A stretch of DNA of 63,984 nucleotides, the filler included, from Collodictyon triciliatum (lineage: Eukaryota), in assembly GCA_043381765.1 (NCBI GenBank). It is 6 parts of 6 records of this genome, joined end to end, with 100 filler letters (N's around TTAATTAATTAA, not from the genome) between each part and the next. Parts side by side here need not be neighbours in the genome. Positions count along the whole stretch, not along the records: positions 43,689 to 57,390 come from JBHJMP010001939.1; positions 57,491 to 62,847 come from JBHJMP010002038.1; positions 62,948 to 63,984 come from JBHJMP010002125.1; 3 more parts are not named here. One strand, given 5' to 3'. Position numbers and translations under genes: made by a program. Positions 51,910 to 63,984 of the stretch are shown one piece after another (position 1 is the first letter of the stretch; every line of letters begins with the position of its first letter). The notes under the pieces are model-generated. The model was not told where the DNA came from, searched no databases, and saw only the letters and a program-made list of their open reading frames with translations.

Positions 51910-54281
51910 ATGGATCAGCTCCTCTCATATGTTACTTTGCTGACCGAGAAGATCTCTATTCCCACTTGGTCGTACTATCTTCTGTCCTTCTTTGCTGCAA
52001 CTACCATTTATCGCTGGATCAGCAGGCCAAAGGTCAGCCCCCTTACTTTTCTTTTCGTCTGTTTCTGTATCATATTAAACTGGTTTTATTTCTATATTGT
52101 TGGTACTATTGTTTGTTTTATTGTGTTATTATTGAATAATCTTTTTGTTGTCTTATATCATATTATCGTTGTTTAAAATAATTCCAACTAACCAAAAAAA
52201 AATAATAATAATTGAAGGTCAGCTTCCAGAGCAAACACGTAGTGATCACAGGAGGTAGCGAGGGACTTGGGAGAGCATCTGCAGTTTTATTCGCAAAAGA
52301 GGGTGCAAACGTGACTATTATCGCACGGACTCAGTCGAAGCTTGATGCTGCTTTGAAGGAAATAAAGGTTAGGCATATTCAACACCAATATCTTGAGGGG
52401 AAAAATGTGTACCATTAAGTTATGCCGTTATGTATTTAAATTTATTTATGGCTTCATTCACTTTAGTTTTAAGTCTCTCTTTCCTTTTCTTTTATCATTT
52501 CATTTTCAAAAGGGAATCTTATCTGGTGGATATTTCATATCTTATAGGCTGCAGCAAAGAACCCAACACAGAAGCTGAATGCTCTTTCTGCAGATGTGAC
52601 CAACCCCAGTGTGATAGCTAAAGTACTTGGTGATGCTGTTCGCTTGAGCGGAGATATTGACTATCTCGTCTCCAATGCCGGTTTGTTTTCTCTCTCATGC
52701 TCTAAGATAATTTACTAGCTTTAATTTTAATGATCCATTTATTGTAAATGCCAAATATATCATTTAATTTGAAGTAACCCTATCAATCTTTATCACATAT
52801 CGGATCAGAAGCATTTTTAGCATATGAAAGCGTTATTTTCACACAGGTACAGCACAGCCTGGATACTTTTTCGAGTTGACACCAGAAGATTTCAAACGCC
52901 AAATGGAGCTCAATTGTAACTCAAAAATTACAGCATTCAATGTGTTTCTCTTTTACATTTAATGGCATCTCTGTGGTGTGATTCTAATGTCTCTTTTTGG
53001 GTTTATCCATCGTATAGATTTAGGAACTGTGAACACTATCAAAGGCGCTCTCCCTCATATGATTGCAGCAAAGAAAGGACATATCCTTTTCGTATCTTCA
53101 GCAGCATCTATGGCTGGATTTATTGGTTATTCTGCGTCAGTATTTGTCTATCCTTTCTTGTCCGTATAATTTTATGGGGTCTCTTTCTCTTAAAAAAAAA
53201 AAAAGTATTCGTTCTGGTTGATATGCTACTCACTCATTTGCCGAATTAATTCAAACCATGACACACAGATACACACCAACGAAGGTTTCCCACCTCTTTC
53301 AAGAAAAAAAGAAAGAAATGATGAATCATCATGAAGAATACATATAAGAAGAAAATGTGTACATGTTTCATTAGCTCGCATAGAATAATATAAAGAGAGT
53401 ATTCTCTTTCATGTCAGTTTGCCCTTCGTGGTCTTGCTGACTGTCTGCGCAACGAATTGCAACTATATGGAATCAAAGTGTCCATATTCTTTCCCTCTGC
53501 AATGAAAACACCAGGCTACGAACGCGAAGAGCTCATCAAACCAGAGGAAACTAAAGTAAACCCATGTTGAGGAAAAGAAAGAGTCTAGAAGCCCCAAAAT
53601 AATGCTGGGGTGTCTGCCATGCGAAGAAATAATGTTTCCCCAGCTAAAATCACACGTTCAGTAGTTACTTTTAGATGGTTATTGTTCATTTTTTGTATGA
53701 TACATGCTGAGCCGAATTAATCTAAACAACAGAAAATCGAGTCTATTGACCCAGTATTCAGTGAGGAATCATCCGCTGCCACTTTATTGACTGGGCTCAA
53801 GGTAAGCCCTTTCCTACTTTCCCAGCTCATCCAAGAAATATGAGGCTTTTATATGAAAGTCGTTACCCCCCATCTTTTCAGCAGACCTTTTAGTGAATAC
53901 CTTTCATACCCCAGAGTGGAGACTATACAGTCACCCAAGAGTTCCTTGCTGAATGCGGCCGCATGCTAAGCAACGGAGTTCCCCCTCGGAATAACTTTTT
54001 CCTGGAGCTTGTGATTACGCCTGTGATGGTAATCGTCCAAGTAAGTGCCATTTTTCGCTGTTTTTCATCCTCCTTTATTCCTCATATGTTTGATGAAAGT
54101 GGGTGGTTGATGAAGTGTTAATGCGGGTTTCAAATGTGTCTAAGTTTTTTATTACTATTTTTCTTTAATTGTAAACGCAATTATGCAGGTCTTTTACCTC
54201 TTGTTTATTGACTACATCGCAAAGAGTTCAAAGGCCGGAGCTCGACACCAGGCTTTAGTTTCGAGAGAGAAAAGGGATTAA
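51910..54281 (+). CDS. KDSR: 3-ketodihydrosphingosine reductase (TSC10/FVT1-type SDR)
   Basis: Hydrophobic N-terminus, HVVITGGSEGLG..GANVTIIAR, SADVT, LVSNAG|TAQPGYF, QMELN|YLGTV, GHILFVSS, GYSA|YTPTK|FALRGLADCLRNEL, TPGYEREELIKPEETK, hydrophobic C-terminus. Confidence 0.92.
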
Positions 54282-54626
54282 TTGGGCACCAGAATGAGAA
54301 AATAAAAACAACAACAGGAAAATGAAAAAAGGAAGAAGAAAAATGGAAGAGAAGCTCGCCTTAAAGAGATTAAAAAAAAACAAATTATCATAGCAACCAT
54401 CAATACTGGAGCAAGAATAATACAATCACCCCTGTGAAACAAACTCGTACTTTTTCTTTATTTTGCTCTCTGTTAGAGAGAGAGAGAAAAGGAAAAGGAA
54501 AAGGGAAAAGAAATGTGAGTATAACAGGACAGAAAAGTGTCATGATTCTCCTCCATTTTCTCCTCTTTTCTCATGTTTGGGCGCGCCTTCGTTGAAAGGA
54601 AATTGCGCGGAGAAGCAGGCGATTGC

Positions 54627-57027
54627 TTAGCGCTTGACAGGAAGTCCGGTGGCATAATTGGCACGAACGTATTCCGTGGTTGCGCGGAGAAGGCCCGTCC
54701 ACGAGTTTGCCCAGTGCACATGCCTGTCGTCCCTGTGTGTATGTGAATACGTGGGCAGATATTCATATTCAAATGTTTCTGACAGGATATATTGTTTGCT
54801 GCCGGAAGGCACGCTCTGTATAGGGTGCGTTTTCATCATGGTGTTGTAATGGCTTCTTTACTTTCCGCGGTATTGGGAGAGGATTTTGTTGGTGTAGAAC
54901 TGGGAGGAATCAATCGCCTCTTTCATTCCTTGGAGGGGCGTGTTTCCCTGGGAGTTGAGTGTGCTGTGAGTAATCCAACTTTATGCGGTCAATTACTTGT
55001 TTTTAGTTTGCTTCGAAGTATTGTTTTTGTATCATTTAACACATGGTTACATTTCCCTTCCCTTTATATATACACCATCGCTATTTGGAAAGCGGGACTG
55101 TCATATTAATATTGATGTATTTGATAAATTTATTCTTCACTTACAGACCCAACCCAGGAGAAGGCAACAAGGCCCTCATGCATGGCAGATAAATGTACAA
55201 CAAAGTCAGACCTGTTATGAGCATCCTTGTACTTTGAGGCCAGAACGTAGTCCTGTTTGCAAACAAGTAGATGCATATGTTCAGAAGAGCATTGATAAGA
55301 TATATTATTAGAAATGGTAAATGAATAAATTGGAAATATGGAGAAGGAAATACATCTACAAGGAATTCACCACATTCAATTTTTTTTTGTTATGTTTTGT
55401 TTTGTTTTATTTTATTTTGTTATGCATTACACCCATGACGGGACTTAAAGCTGTATTCAAGTCGGCAGGAGGATTTGGCCCTGACACGTTCTGAATGACA
55501 TGACGAGTTTGACTCAACACTCTACTAACCAAGCCAGCCTACATAGTTTCATGAGTCTCTTATTCAAGTGCTGCTGAACTTGGTATCAACATGGAATACT
55601 CACGCCTCTTTTTTTATAGGTATAATAAATGAGCAATAAGGAAATGTAAATAAAAAAAAACAAAGGTGTAATCAAATAACTAAAACGCCAAACAACGGGG
55701 AAATAATAATTTTAATGTAATTAGATTTTAATTATAGTGATTACAGAATAAAATTAATGGAATACGGTATTCAGGGCTATACCATCTCCAGGACATCGCC
55801 ACCAATAACCCCAGAGTTCTGCATAAACGGAGGTAAATGTTGTTGCAGGAGTTGGTCATAAGAGGCCAAAGCTCCGGATGCCATCGCTTGGGGAGCAAGG
55901 AGTTGTGTTTGTGGCTGCAACTGTGATTGAGGAGCAGCAACAGATGTGAATGCTCGTGGTTGCAATTGTGGTTGCCCGTGGGAATGGACACCCGCGCCCA
56001 ATGGAGAAACCCTGGCGATAGGATTCGGCAGAGAAGAGCCTGGGCCGTTTCGTTGCTCCAGTAGCTAGTATAGTGAATAGGTGATTAAAGTCTTCTCAGT
56101 ACGGCCAAATATGTCTTGTACTTTTTATATAAAATGAAATATATAAATATTGGGTGAGAAAATTGAAAGGAAGAATAAAAAAAATAAAAAAAAATATTAA
56201 GTGAGCACGACCACTGTTCCCAATTTTAGCAATATAGGAGAACAGTATGTTGATGAAAATGAGTGATATCATGCTATTAAATGATTTTGCAGGGTATATT
56301 TCCACTCATCTTTAATTAATCAGATAATCAAATAATGTTTACGGCAGCAACACGCTCCAGTCTTTCAGTGAGAATGTTGATCCTTTCCGCAGATTCTATG
56401 CTCTGCTTTTTGGAAGCCTCTTCGAGTTTCTACATGCATATCATGGAAATTGAATTATGAGTTTGGTATGCATTGCATATTTAAGTCTTTTTGGTATTTC
56501 ATTTTTATGTATTATCATTCTCATTTTTTACTGTATTCGATTCAAATATTATCATTATCATTATCGTCATCGTCTGAAACCCTACGCGAAAAGCATATAT
56601 ATATTCATCTTTATTTTTTTTAATCGTACAAAGAGGCATTCAATATGTTTTGCTCTTTTACCTCAACTTTGGCTCGAAGCTCAGCAATCTGTAAGGCCAA
56701 GACGTGCAGGCATACCGAGGAGGTTGTTGCATTATATTGAAGAAAAGAATGAGGATGACGAATATAAACAAAAGACCATAGACAGCAGCTTATATAGGTT
56801 ACACAAAGAATCCAATTTTCTTTTCTCTACGCAACACTATTATATCGGTGAAAAATGGCTATTGGTCAGTACGAAAGTGTGTTCTTAAGAATATCAAATG
56901 CCAGTCGAAAGGATGATGACAAAGAAAAGATGAAAAAATAAACTCGCCTGGGCATCTTGCTCTTTACTCTCGACGCAACCCATCCTTTAGGTTCTTACTG
57001 GCTCGACTTTTCCTGCTTCGAGTGCTG
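54627..57027 (-). CDS. Cyclase-associated protein (CAP/Srv2) N-terminal module only
   Basis: ILTERLERVAA|LLE, ALASYDQLL..FMQNSGVIGGDVLEM|AGLV, NRSDFVVHLSAMHEGLVAFSWVG, MKEAIDSSQFYTNKILSQYRGK|DDRHVHWANSW..LL..TEYVRANYATGL, then stop at 54627-54629; 5' start unresolved. Confidence 0.8.
56145..56205 (+). mobile_element. Micro-retroposon insertion, family A (intronic), degenerate 14-bp TSD
   Basis: aaaattgaaaggaagaataaaaaaa flanked by AAATATTGGGTGAG / AAATATTAAGTGAG. Confidence 0.6.
56510..56561 (-). mobile_element. Micro-retroposon insertion, family B (22 nt, diverged), 15-bp TSD (1 mismatch)
   Basis: Reverse complement tttgaatcgaatacagtaaaaa; flanks TATTATCATTCTCAT / TATTATCATTATCAT. Confidence 0.6.
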
Positions 57028-57633
57028 GGAGAAAGGTTGAGCAAGTGATAAAGAAATTAGATAATAGTTTATAGTATGAAGTATAGTGTATGAAGTAAAA
57101 AGTTATTAGGAAAAAAGTATAAAAAAAAAAGGAATAGAAGGAGCTGAAAAATAGAGTAAATGAGTGGGAAGAGATGGCAACTTTGCAGCGAACGATCAAG
57201 CCCTAAGGTGGTGCGATCGGGAATAATAAAGAGTCTACAGCTCCCCGTATTTCGGTCTTCTTATATTCTTTTCTTTGTTTGTTTTTTATGGTTTTTATGG
57301 TTTTTTTATGGTTTTTTTATGGTTTTTTTATGGTTTTTTATGGTTTTTTATGGTTTTTTATGGTTTTTTATGGTTTTTTTATGGTTTTTTNNNNNNNNNN
57401 NNNNNNNNNNNNNNNNNNNNNNNNNNNNNNNNNNTTAATTAATTAANNNNNNNNNNNNNNNNNNNNNNNNNNNNNNNNNNNNNNNNNNNNTTTAATAAAA
57501 TTATTAATAATAAAAAAAAATTAAAAAAAAAATTAAAAAATTATTTTTTTTTTTTTTTTTTTTTACAATTTTTCCCCTAAAACAAAATATATAAAAGATG
57601 GGCCGTTTCCCCCAAATGAGATACAATTTTTTA

Positions 57634-58937
57634 GATGAGCCCTGATGCATTTGTGCAAATGAGTATGCAGCTCGGGTTCTACAAGATGTTTGGACGACCC
57701 GTGGCCACATACGAGTCTGCATCCACGCGCCGTTTTTACCATGGTTGGTGGAATATATACTGTAGATGATTTCTTATTTCCTGACTGGATTTCATGTACA
57801 TTACGCACGTGCATTATTCGTCATAAATTGCACCCAAGGTCGAACTGAAGTCGTTCGCTCATGCTCGGAAGCGTCTTACAAATGGTGTATTGCAATGCAG
57901 GATGATACGCTTTCTGTAAATAGTGATTAGAACAAAAAAACCAAAAAAAAATACCATTTTTTTAAAAGAAAAATAGAAATGAAAAAAAGGACATCATAAT
58001 CAAAATACAAAAATGATTATACGATTTAAAAAAGAGAAAAGGAAATAACGCCAACTATGAGACCACTGCCACGACACACTGACAATACTTATGGTCGCTC
58101 TCCATGCCGACTTGAATGCTTTTTTTTTTTTTGCAGTCCGAAGCGAAAAAGAAATTGATGATGGACGCTGTGAACAGCCATGTAAGCTATATGAAGGACG
58201 CCACGCAGGCCAAAGGAGTTGACCGACACCTATTTGGTGCGCTCTTTCAATTTGATTATGCGTATATATATATTTTCCCTCAACATCCCACCCAAGATTT
58301 GTTGAAGGCAGCGGCACAGGGAGCACTCGACCCCACTTTGCTCACCCCAACCACTCTGGGCGCAGGTCTCCGGCTCCTCGCAAGCGAGTTGGGCTTCCCA
58401 CGCCCGGCGATCTTCAGCGACCCCGTATGCACGCACAATCCTTTCCAGCCAAAGACACGCCCTTTGCAAAGATGCCGGCACACATCTCAACTCCTAAACG
58501 GATAGGTCTACTGGAGAACATGCACATGGCTCGTGTCCACCAGCCAGCTGAGCAGCAACGAAATGATAGGATACGGGTACGGTACATTCTGTCACCCACA
58601 TCCACACGCCCAACACAGAGCCGAGCCGCACTCGCCGCCCCTGACTCACTCCCTTTTCATCCGCCAAGGTGGGGCGCAGTCCACCCCGACGGCTTCGGCA
58701 TTGCCTACAGGTTTGCGCACCCAAACAACCATCCAGACTTGCACAGACCCGCCAGCCACCCGCAACTCACAGGCCATCTGCCGTAGCATCCTGGACGACC
58801 AGCTCCACTACAACATCGCCAGCTTCCGCGAGAGTCCGCACACAAGCTCTGCCCGCTTGGCCCGCGCCATCGAGGATGCTGTCACCGACATCCGCGGCAT
58901 TCTTGGCCCGGGCCAAAAGCCACAGGCGAAGCTCTAA
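57634..58937 (+). CDS. Carnitine O-acyltransferase (CrAT/CROT-like), C-terminal exons, with PTS1 -AKL
   Basis: [69 protein letters not shown], ending QAKL*; N-terminus lies in the upstream contig gap. Confidence 0.92.
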
Positions 58938-59145
58938 GGCGCGCGGCAGTCAGACCCACGAGGGCACAGAGATGGTGACACCCACTTCCAGAGCAAAAAA
59001 GAAAATCCCGCCACTTCAGATACATCGACATAAAACCCCGCTTCACCAGCAGAGGACATTCCTTCTGGATTTCCAGTCTCGGTTCCTCTTCATTTCGTAA
59101 TAATGTCTGAGATGCAAAGGCCTGTTCGCTTCTTGCTGGTTCTTC

Positions 59146-62046
59146 CTAAACGCGGATAATGCGCGATGTTGTCCCGCCGGCAGTAAAGAGCATGTCTGCA
59201 TGGGGCGACCAGCACAGATCGTAGCAGATGTCCACCTCGGACGCCCCAGAAGCGAGGGGGGCGTTTCCCTTGGCTGCCTCGTGCGGCTGCTTGAAGGTGG
59301 CCACCGTCTCGTACTTGTCGCTCCCAAGGTCGGCCATGTAAAGCCCGAGTCGTGTGGCCACGGCGACCCGAGACGCCCCGACTCCTGGGGCAGCAGCGAC
59401 TTTGAGGATGCCTGTGGTGTCGACCTTGTGCGAGTGCACGGCATGGGCCTTGCCAGCTGCCCGGATGTCCCACAGGCGAACAATCTTGTCCGACCCGCCC
59501 GTCACGAGATACGAGTCGAAGGCGTCCAGACACAGCACATTGTCCGTCTCTTTAAATTTGCTTGTTATGCTAGACACTGTTAAGAAAAGTTTTTTTTTAA
59601 AAAAAAAATGGAAAAAAAGAAGTGTAATGGTCAGCGTCCGTGGTGTGGAAAACAACGTTTAGGGTACGATTCGCTACATTCACGGACTAAAATTGTCTTT
59701 AGAAGGTCAGCACAGCGTTCATAAGCATCAAATGTTAAAGATATTTTTGAGGAGAGATGCGATTCGTGACTTGCCTGTCGAGTTTCTTGGGTCCCACAAA
59801 CGAATGGTTCTGTCCAGAGAGGCAGATGCAATCAACCCGAGTGAAGGGACAAATTGGGCCTCTGTGATAGCATGCTGTGATTTCAAACTGAAATAAGTAT
59901 GGCTAGACCATCTCAATTACCAAAAAACGAACCAAGCACATATCATCCGAATTCGCACACGCATTAAAATCAGGAACAAACAAAGAACCTTACAGTAAAT
60001 TTTTAATCACTCAAAGTCGAACACAACTTACTTGATGTTCGCTGTGGCTCGCAACCACAGCACTTTCTGAAAGATCAGTTAGGTTGTGTAGGCTGACAGT
60101 GCCTTTTTTATCCGCCCGGAATCCGCATGCCAACAATTGCTTTTTGCCATGCAGCTCGCCCATCTTGAGTTGATTCACAAACAACGATTTTGACCGTTTG
60201 AATGTGTTCAATTGCGTTACAGCCGCCGAATTTTGGTAATCAAAACTATTCAAGAAAAAAAAAAACCGAATATCAATAAATAACGAATCATAGACGTATC
60301 ACTCTTAAATGTAGATTCTCACTATTGTAGCAACATACCTGATAATTGCGCATTCAGGGATTCCTTGCTCGCTACGCTGGATGGATGCACTGATGTATGC
60401 TATTTTTGCTGAGGTGTCCAACGCACTTGCACATCCAGTGTATCCGCTGAGCGAGCCACGAGAAATCATCTTTTATATTTAAATTATTTTACAACCACTT
60501 TTTTTTCTAAAAAATAAAATAAAATTCATCACCAACTATGCGGCATCAGGTTTCCACTCCGATATTCATAATAAGATAGGTTACTCACATCTCCGTGAAT
60601 GCTCCACATATAAATGCTGTCATTCCCAGCAACCGACAAGCAGACCTCCGATTCATAGTCCAAGTTGATGGTGTTTAGAGCACAATTCTGGTCCTTCAAT
60701 GAATAGAGCCGAGGCAAGGAGCTTAAACTGGGTTTGGGTTCGTATGAAGGCTGTTTAATATCTTTAGGAGGCAATAACTTCGATGTCGACTCTGTAGGAA
60801 GAAACTGAAGAGCTATTGTAGCAAAGCTCGAAACATTTGATCCATTCATCTAGGTATATTTAGGAATGTCACATAATCTAAAAACTTATTTATAGCTCCA
60901 AACATATATGATATGAAACAAAATCCAAAGATGAGTAAGAACAAACTCATACAGACATATCATACTAGTAAGGGGTTAAAAAAAAGAAAAGAAAGAGGAA
61001 TACATTAGCTTCGCTAGCTGAAGTCCGGATTTTTTCCTTTAGGGTGACAGGAAGGTGATCAACAAGATTTGCATCACGCTCGATGGATTTCACAAAAGTG
61101 GTCAGTATGACTTTCTTATCTCCTTTGGGGAGTATGGAGTTTATTGTGTCTGTGAAACCTGGGAGTATTCAATCGCGCTCAGAATAAATTTGAATGCAAA
61201 TTATTATGAATTTCACCAAAAATTAAAAGGGTATGACCCATAATAGCAAAAGAATAAGTAAAACCATACTTGTCCATTCAATCATCCCAACATTGACCAA
61301 TAAGGAATAGAGCTCTGCACGGTGCAATATCATAGTATAGTTTGATTCGGTATCAGAAAGTTTCAAATCCTCCAACATAACAGCAATAACACGATTGATG
61401 AACTCCGTTGCAAAAGAACCGGAGATTCTGATGATAAATATATTGACTTTTTTTAACATTCCTTGGTAAAACAACAATGACACTAGATTTGTATATATGA
61501 ATGGAAACATGAGAATAAGTGAAGCAAATAGTAACAATAATAATAATAATCATAATCACAACAACCAAAAAAAAAAAAAAAGGGAACATAGACAGAGTGC
61601 CCGACGTACTTTTGCAGGAAGGCAATGATCCTCTGGGCAGAACGGAGGGCATCTGCAGCCGACTGAACCACCCGATTCAGCTTGAACCAGCGGGACCAGT
61701 CGACGGCCAACTCGAGCGCAATCTCACCGGGCTTGCGGGCATCGGGGCTCTTGTGAGCAGAGTCCGCAGCCAAACGGCCCCAGATTGCGTCCATGGAAGC
61801 GAGCACCACGTCGTCTCCTTCCGCATTGACAGACTTGTTGAGGATCGCTTCGATGCTTGCTTTGGGCAGATGCGTGTGTACCGCACTTTTCTTTGGTGCT
61901 TCTGCCATTGCTGTTGCGATCGGGTGTTCGCTGGGCTTTTGAGGGGACTGCGTGGCTGTGATCGGTGCAGGGATATTGGCATTCGTGCTGGTATTTGTAG
62001 CAGAAGCAGCCGTATGAATAGTAGCAGAAGTAGAAGTAGAAGTAGA

Positions 62047-62084
<38 letters not shown>

Positions 62085-62310
62085 TAGGAGCAGCAGTGGT
62101 TGTGGACGTTGCAGTCGGGGTTGTGGGCGTTGCATTCAGGGTTGTGGACGCTGCAGTCGGGGTTGTGGACGCTCGAGACGGGACTGAAGGTGGGCCCGTA
62201 GCAACCGTGCGTGTCTTGACATCGTCCGAGAGAAGCTTCAGGGTGCGCAGCAGCTGATCGACCACCCCGACTTCCTCGGCTGTGAAGTCAAACTCGATCG
62301 AGATTCGCAT
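59146..62310 (-). CDS. Multi-exon protein with N-terminal low-complexity (T/A/P) region and C-terminal WD40 repeats
   Basis: WD motifs HAITEAQF..IASASLDRTIRLWD and VLCLDAFDSYLVTGGSDKIVRLWDIR; ATG at 62310. Joining the 5' and 3' parts into one gene is inferred. Confidence 0.7.
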
Positions 62311-62757
62311 CTCTGTAATGTTTTATATTCCACAGGTTGTATTTTTCTTCTTTTCGCCTTGTTTCTTGTTTTCGGCTCGGGGCTCGGCGTTTTGTGATTT
62401 GTGTTTTGGGATGGTTTGATTCAAGGATCGGCATCGTTTCACAAGAAGGCACGTGGTTGCGGCCAAAGCTGAAAGAGAAGCTGGATCATACATAGAGCAT
62501 ATTGTATATACTGAATGATATTTCTACTTCATTAAGCGTCATAGATACATATATCACCAAAAAATTATACAAATAGATAAATTCCACTTATGCAACATTT
62601 ATTCTATGGCTTTGTTCTGTCACCGAAGCACCAGCACACAACACACGCGCACCGAGCACAAGGCGAGGTTGGAACGCCAACAGCAAGCTACCCAGCCAGA
62701 ACAAACGCGCCTGTAGCACGCAAACTAGGGAAGCAAACCAGACCACGAGCAGCTTTA

Positions 62758-62847
<90 letters not shown>

Positions 62848-62964
62848 NNNNNNNNNNNNNNNNNNNNNNNNNNNNNNNNNNNNNNNNNNNNTTAATTAAT
62901 TAANNNNNNNNNNNNNNNNNNNNNNNNNNNNNNNNNNNNNNNNNNNNAGCGACTGGATCGGAGG

Positions 62965-63001
<37 letters not shown>

Positions 63002-63377
63002 GCCATGTGCTGAAGCATACGGGTTGCTGCATTTATCTGCCAACTTTGTGCTGAATTAAATTCCAACTATGAGCATTCAATAAGTGGTGAAAAAATAAAG
63101 CAATTTTGATATTTGCGAGCTTTAATACCAGTTTGCAACTCACCAATTTGAACAGGTTCATGCAGAAAAGATATCCATTTTTTGGTTACTGCTGTTCGTA
63201 TGGGAAAAGAAGTAGTTAAGGTCTTATTCTTTAAAAATAAAATCAAAAGGGAACAAAACAAAAACAAACGAATGCACACGCCTAAAATTTGAGCAGCATG
63301 CGATTGGACAACAAACACTAATTTCTTACGTGGTCGTAAAGCTCCACTTTACGAATGAGGTCATAATCTGGATTGCT

Positions 63378-63790
63378 CTACTCGTTCCAACAAGGGAGAC
63401 CTGTGATGCCAGGAGGCGCCCTCTTTATGGTTGATTGTCCTGCCTTGCTCTGGATGCACAATCGGCTGAGAGCATTCAAAGTAGTAATTTCGGAAGGAAG
63501 TTCTTCAATCTGTAGGAATGGAAAATACATTAATGAGTTCACGATTGTGAATTGACTTTTCATCTATATATTAAACAAACCGGATTATCGCAGATATCCA
63601 ACCGTACAAGGCCCGTTAAATTCGATAATCCTGGGGGCAGGGACGACAGCTGATTTTGAGACACATCGAGGCGAGCGAGGCTAATCAAGCATGATAGTTC
63701 TGGTGGTAGGGACGACAGCCGATTTTGAGAAACATCAAGGCGAGTGAGAACCGTCAGGTGTGATGTTAGAGTAGGCACTAATGATATCTG
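63378..63790 (-). CDS. Leucine-rich repeat protein exons (partial)
   Basis: LTRLDVSQNRLSSLPPELSCLISLARLDVSQNQLSSLPPGLSNLTGLVRLDICDNP|IEELPSEITTLNALSRL. Confidence 0.88.
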
Positions 63791-63984
63791 TAAATCATGG
63801 TAAAAGAGAAGAATGGAGGTATGAGCGAAATTGATTCAAATAGAGCTATGAAAAAAATACAAATGATCTTTTTTAAGATTTTTCAATGAAAAAAAAAAAG
63901 AAAAAAAAAAAAAAAAAAAAAAAGGCTTGTCTCTTTTTTTTTTTTATAAAATAAAAAAAAAAAAAATATAAAAGGAAAAAGAAA

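Noticed and set aside
15975-62947. Palindromic TTAATTAATTAA motif repeated five times
   Set aside because: Always centred in exactly 100-nt N blocks; an assembly linker, not biology. Adjacency of genes across these spacers is therefore uncertain.

Overview
Intron-rich, gene-dense eukaryotic (protist-like) genomic scaffold. It has GT-AG introns, many microsatellites, two plain N gaps and five artificial 100-nt contig spacers (N44-TTAATTAATTAA-N44). Recognisable genes, reconstructed by manual splicing: NC2-alpha/DRAP1, a TKL kinase probably spliced to a SEL1-repeat exon, single-chain ATP-citrate lyase, a divergent importin-alpha, EEF1AKMT1/N6AMT2, a RegA-like receiver-domain cyclic nucleotide phosphodiesterase, a long coiled-coil protein, NDUFA9, RPL35A, KDSR/TSC10, an N-terminal-only CAP/Srv2, a peroxisomal (-AKL) carnitine acyltransferase, a WD40 protein and an LRR protein. 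The standout, invisible in the ORF track because it is fragmented, is an intronless ~2 kb Fanzor1-type (eukaryotic TnpB/Cas12-like RNA-guided nuclease) pseudogene at ~26926-28962 (-). It retains all three RuvC acidic residues and a Zn finger, and has 3' stem-loops where an omegaRNA is expected. The window also holds at least nine ultra-short (20-57 nt) A-tailed retroposon-like insertions with 13-18 bp target-site duplications, in two families; two of them interrupt the Fanzor. All homology calls come from motif recognition, not database searches.
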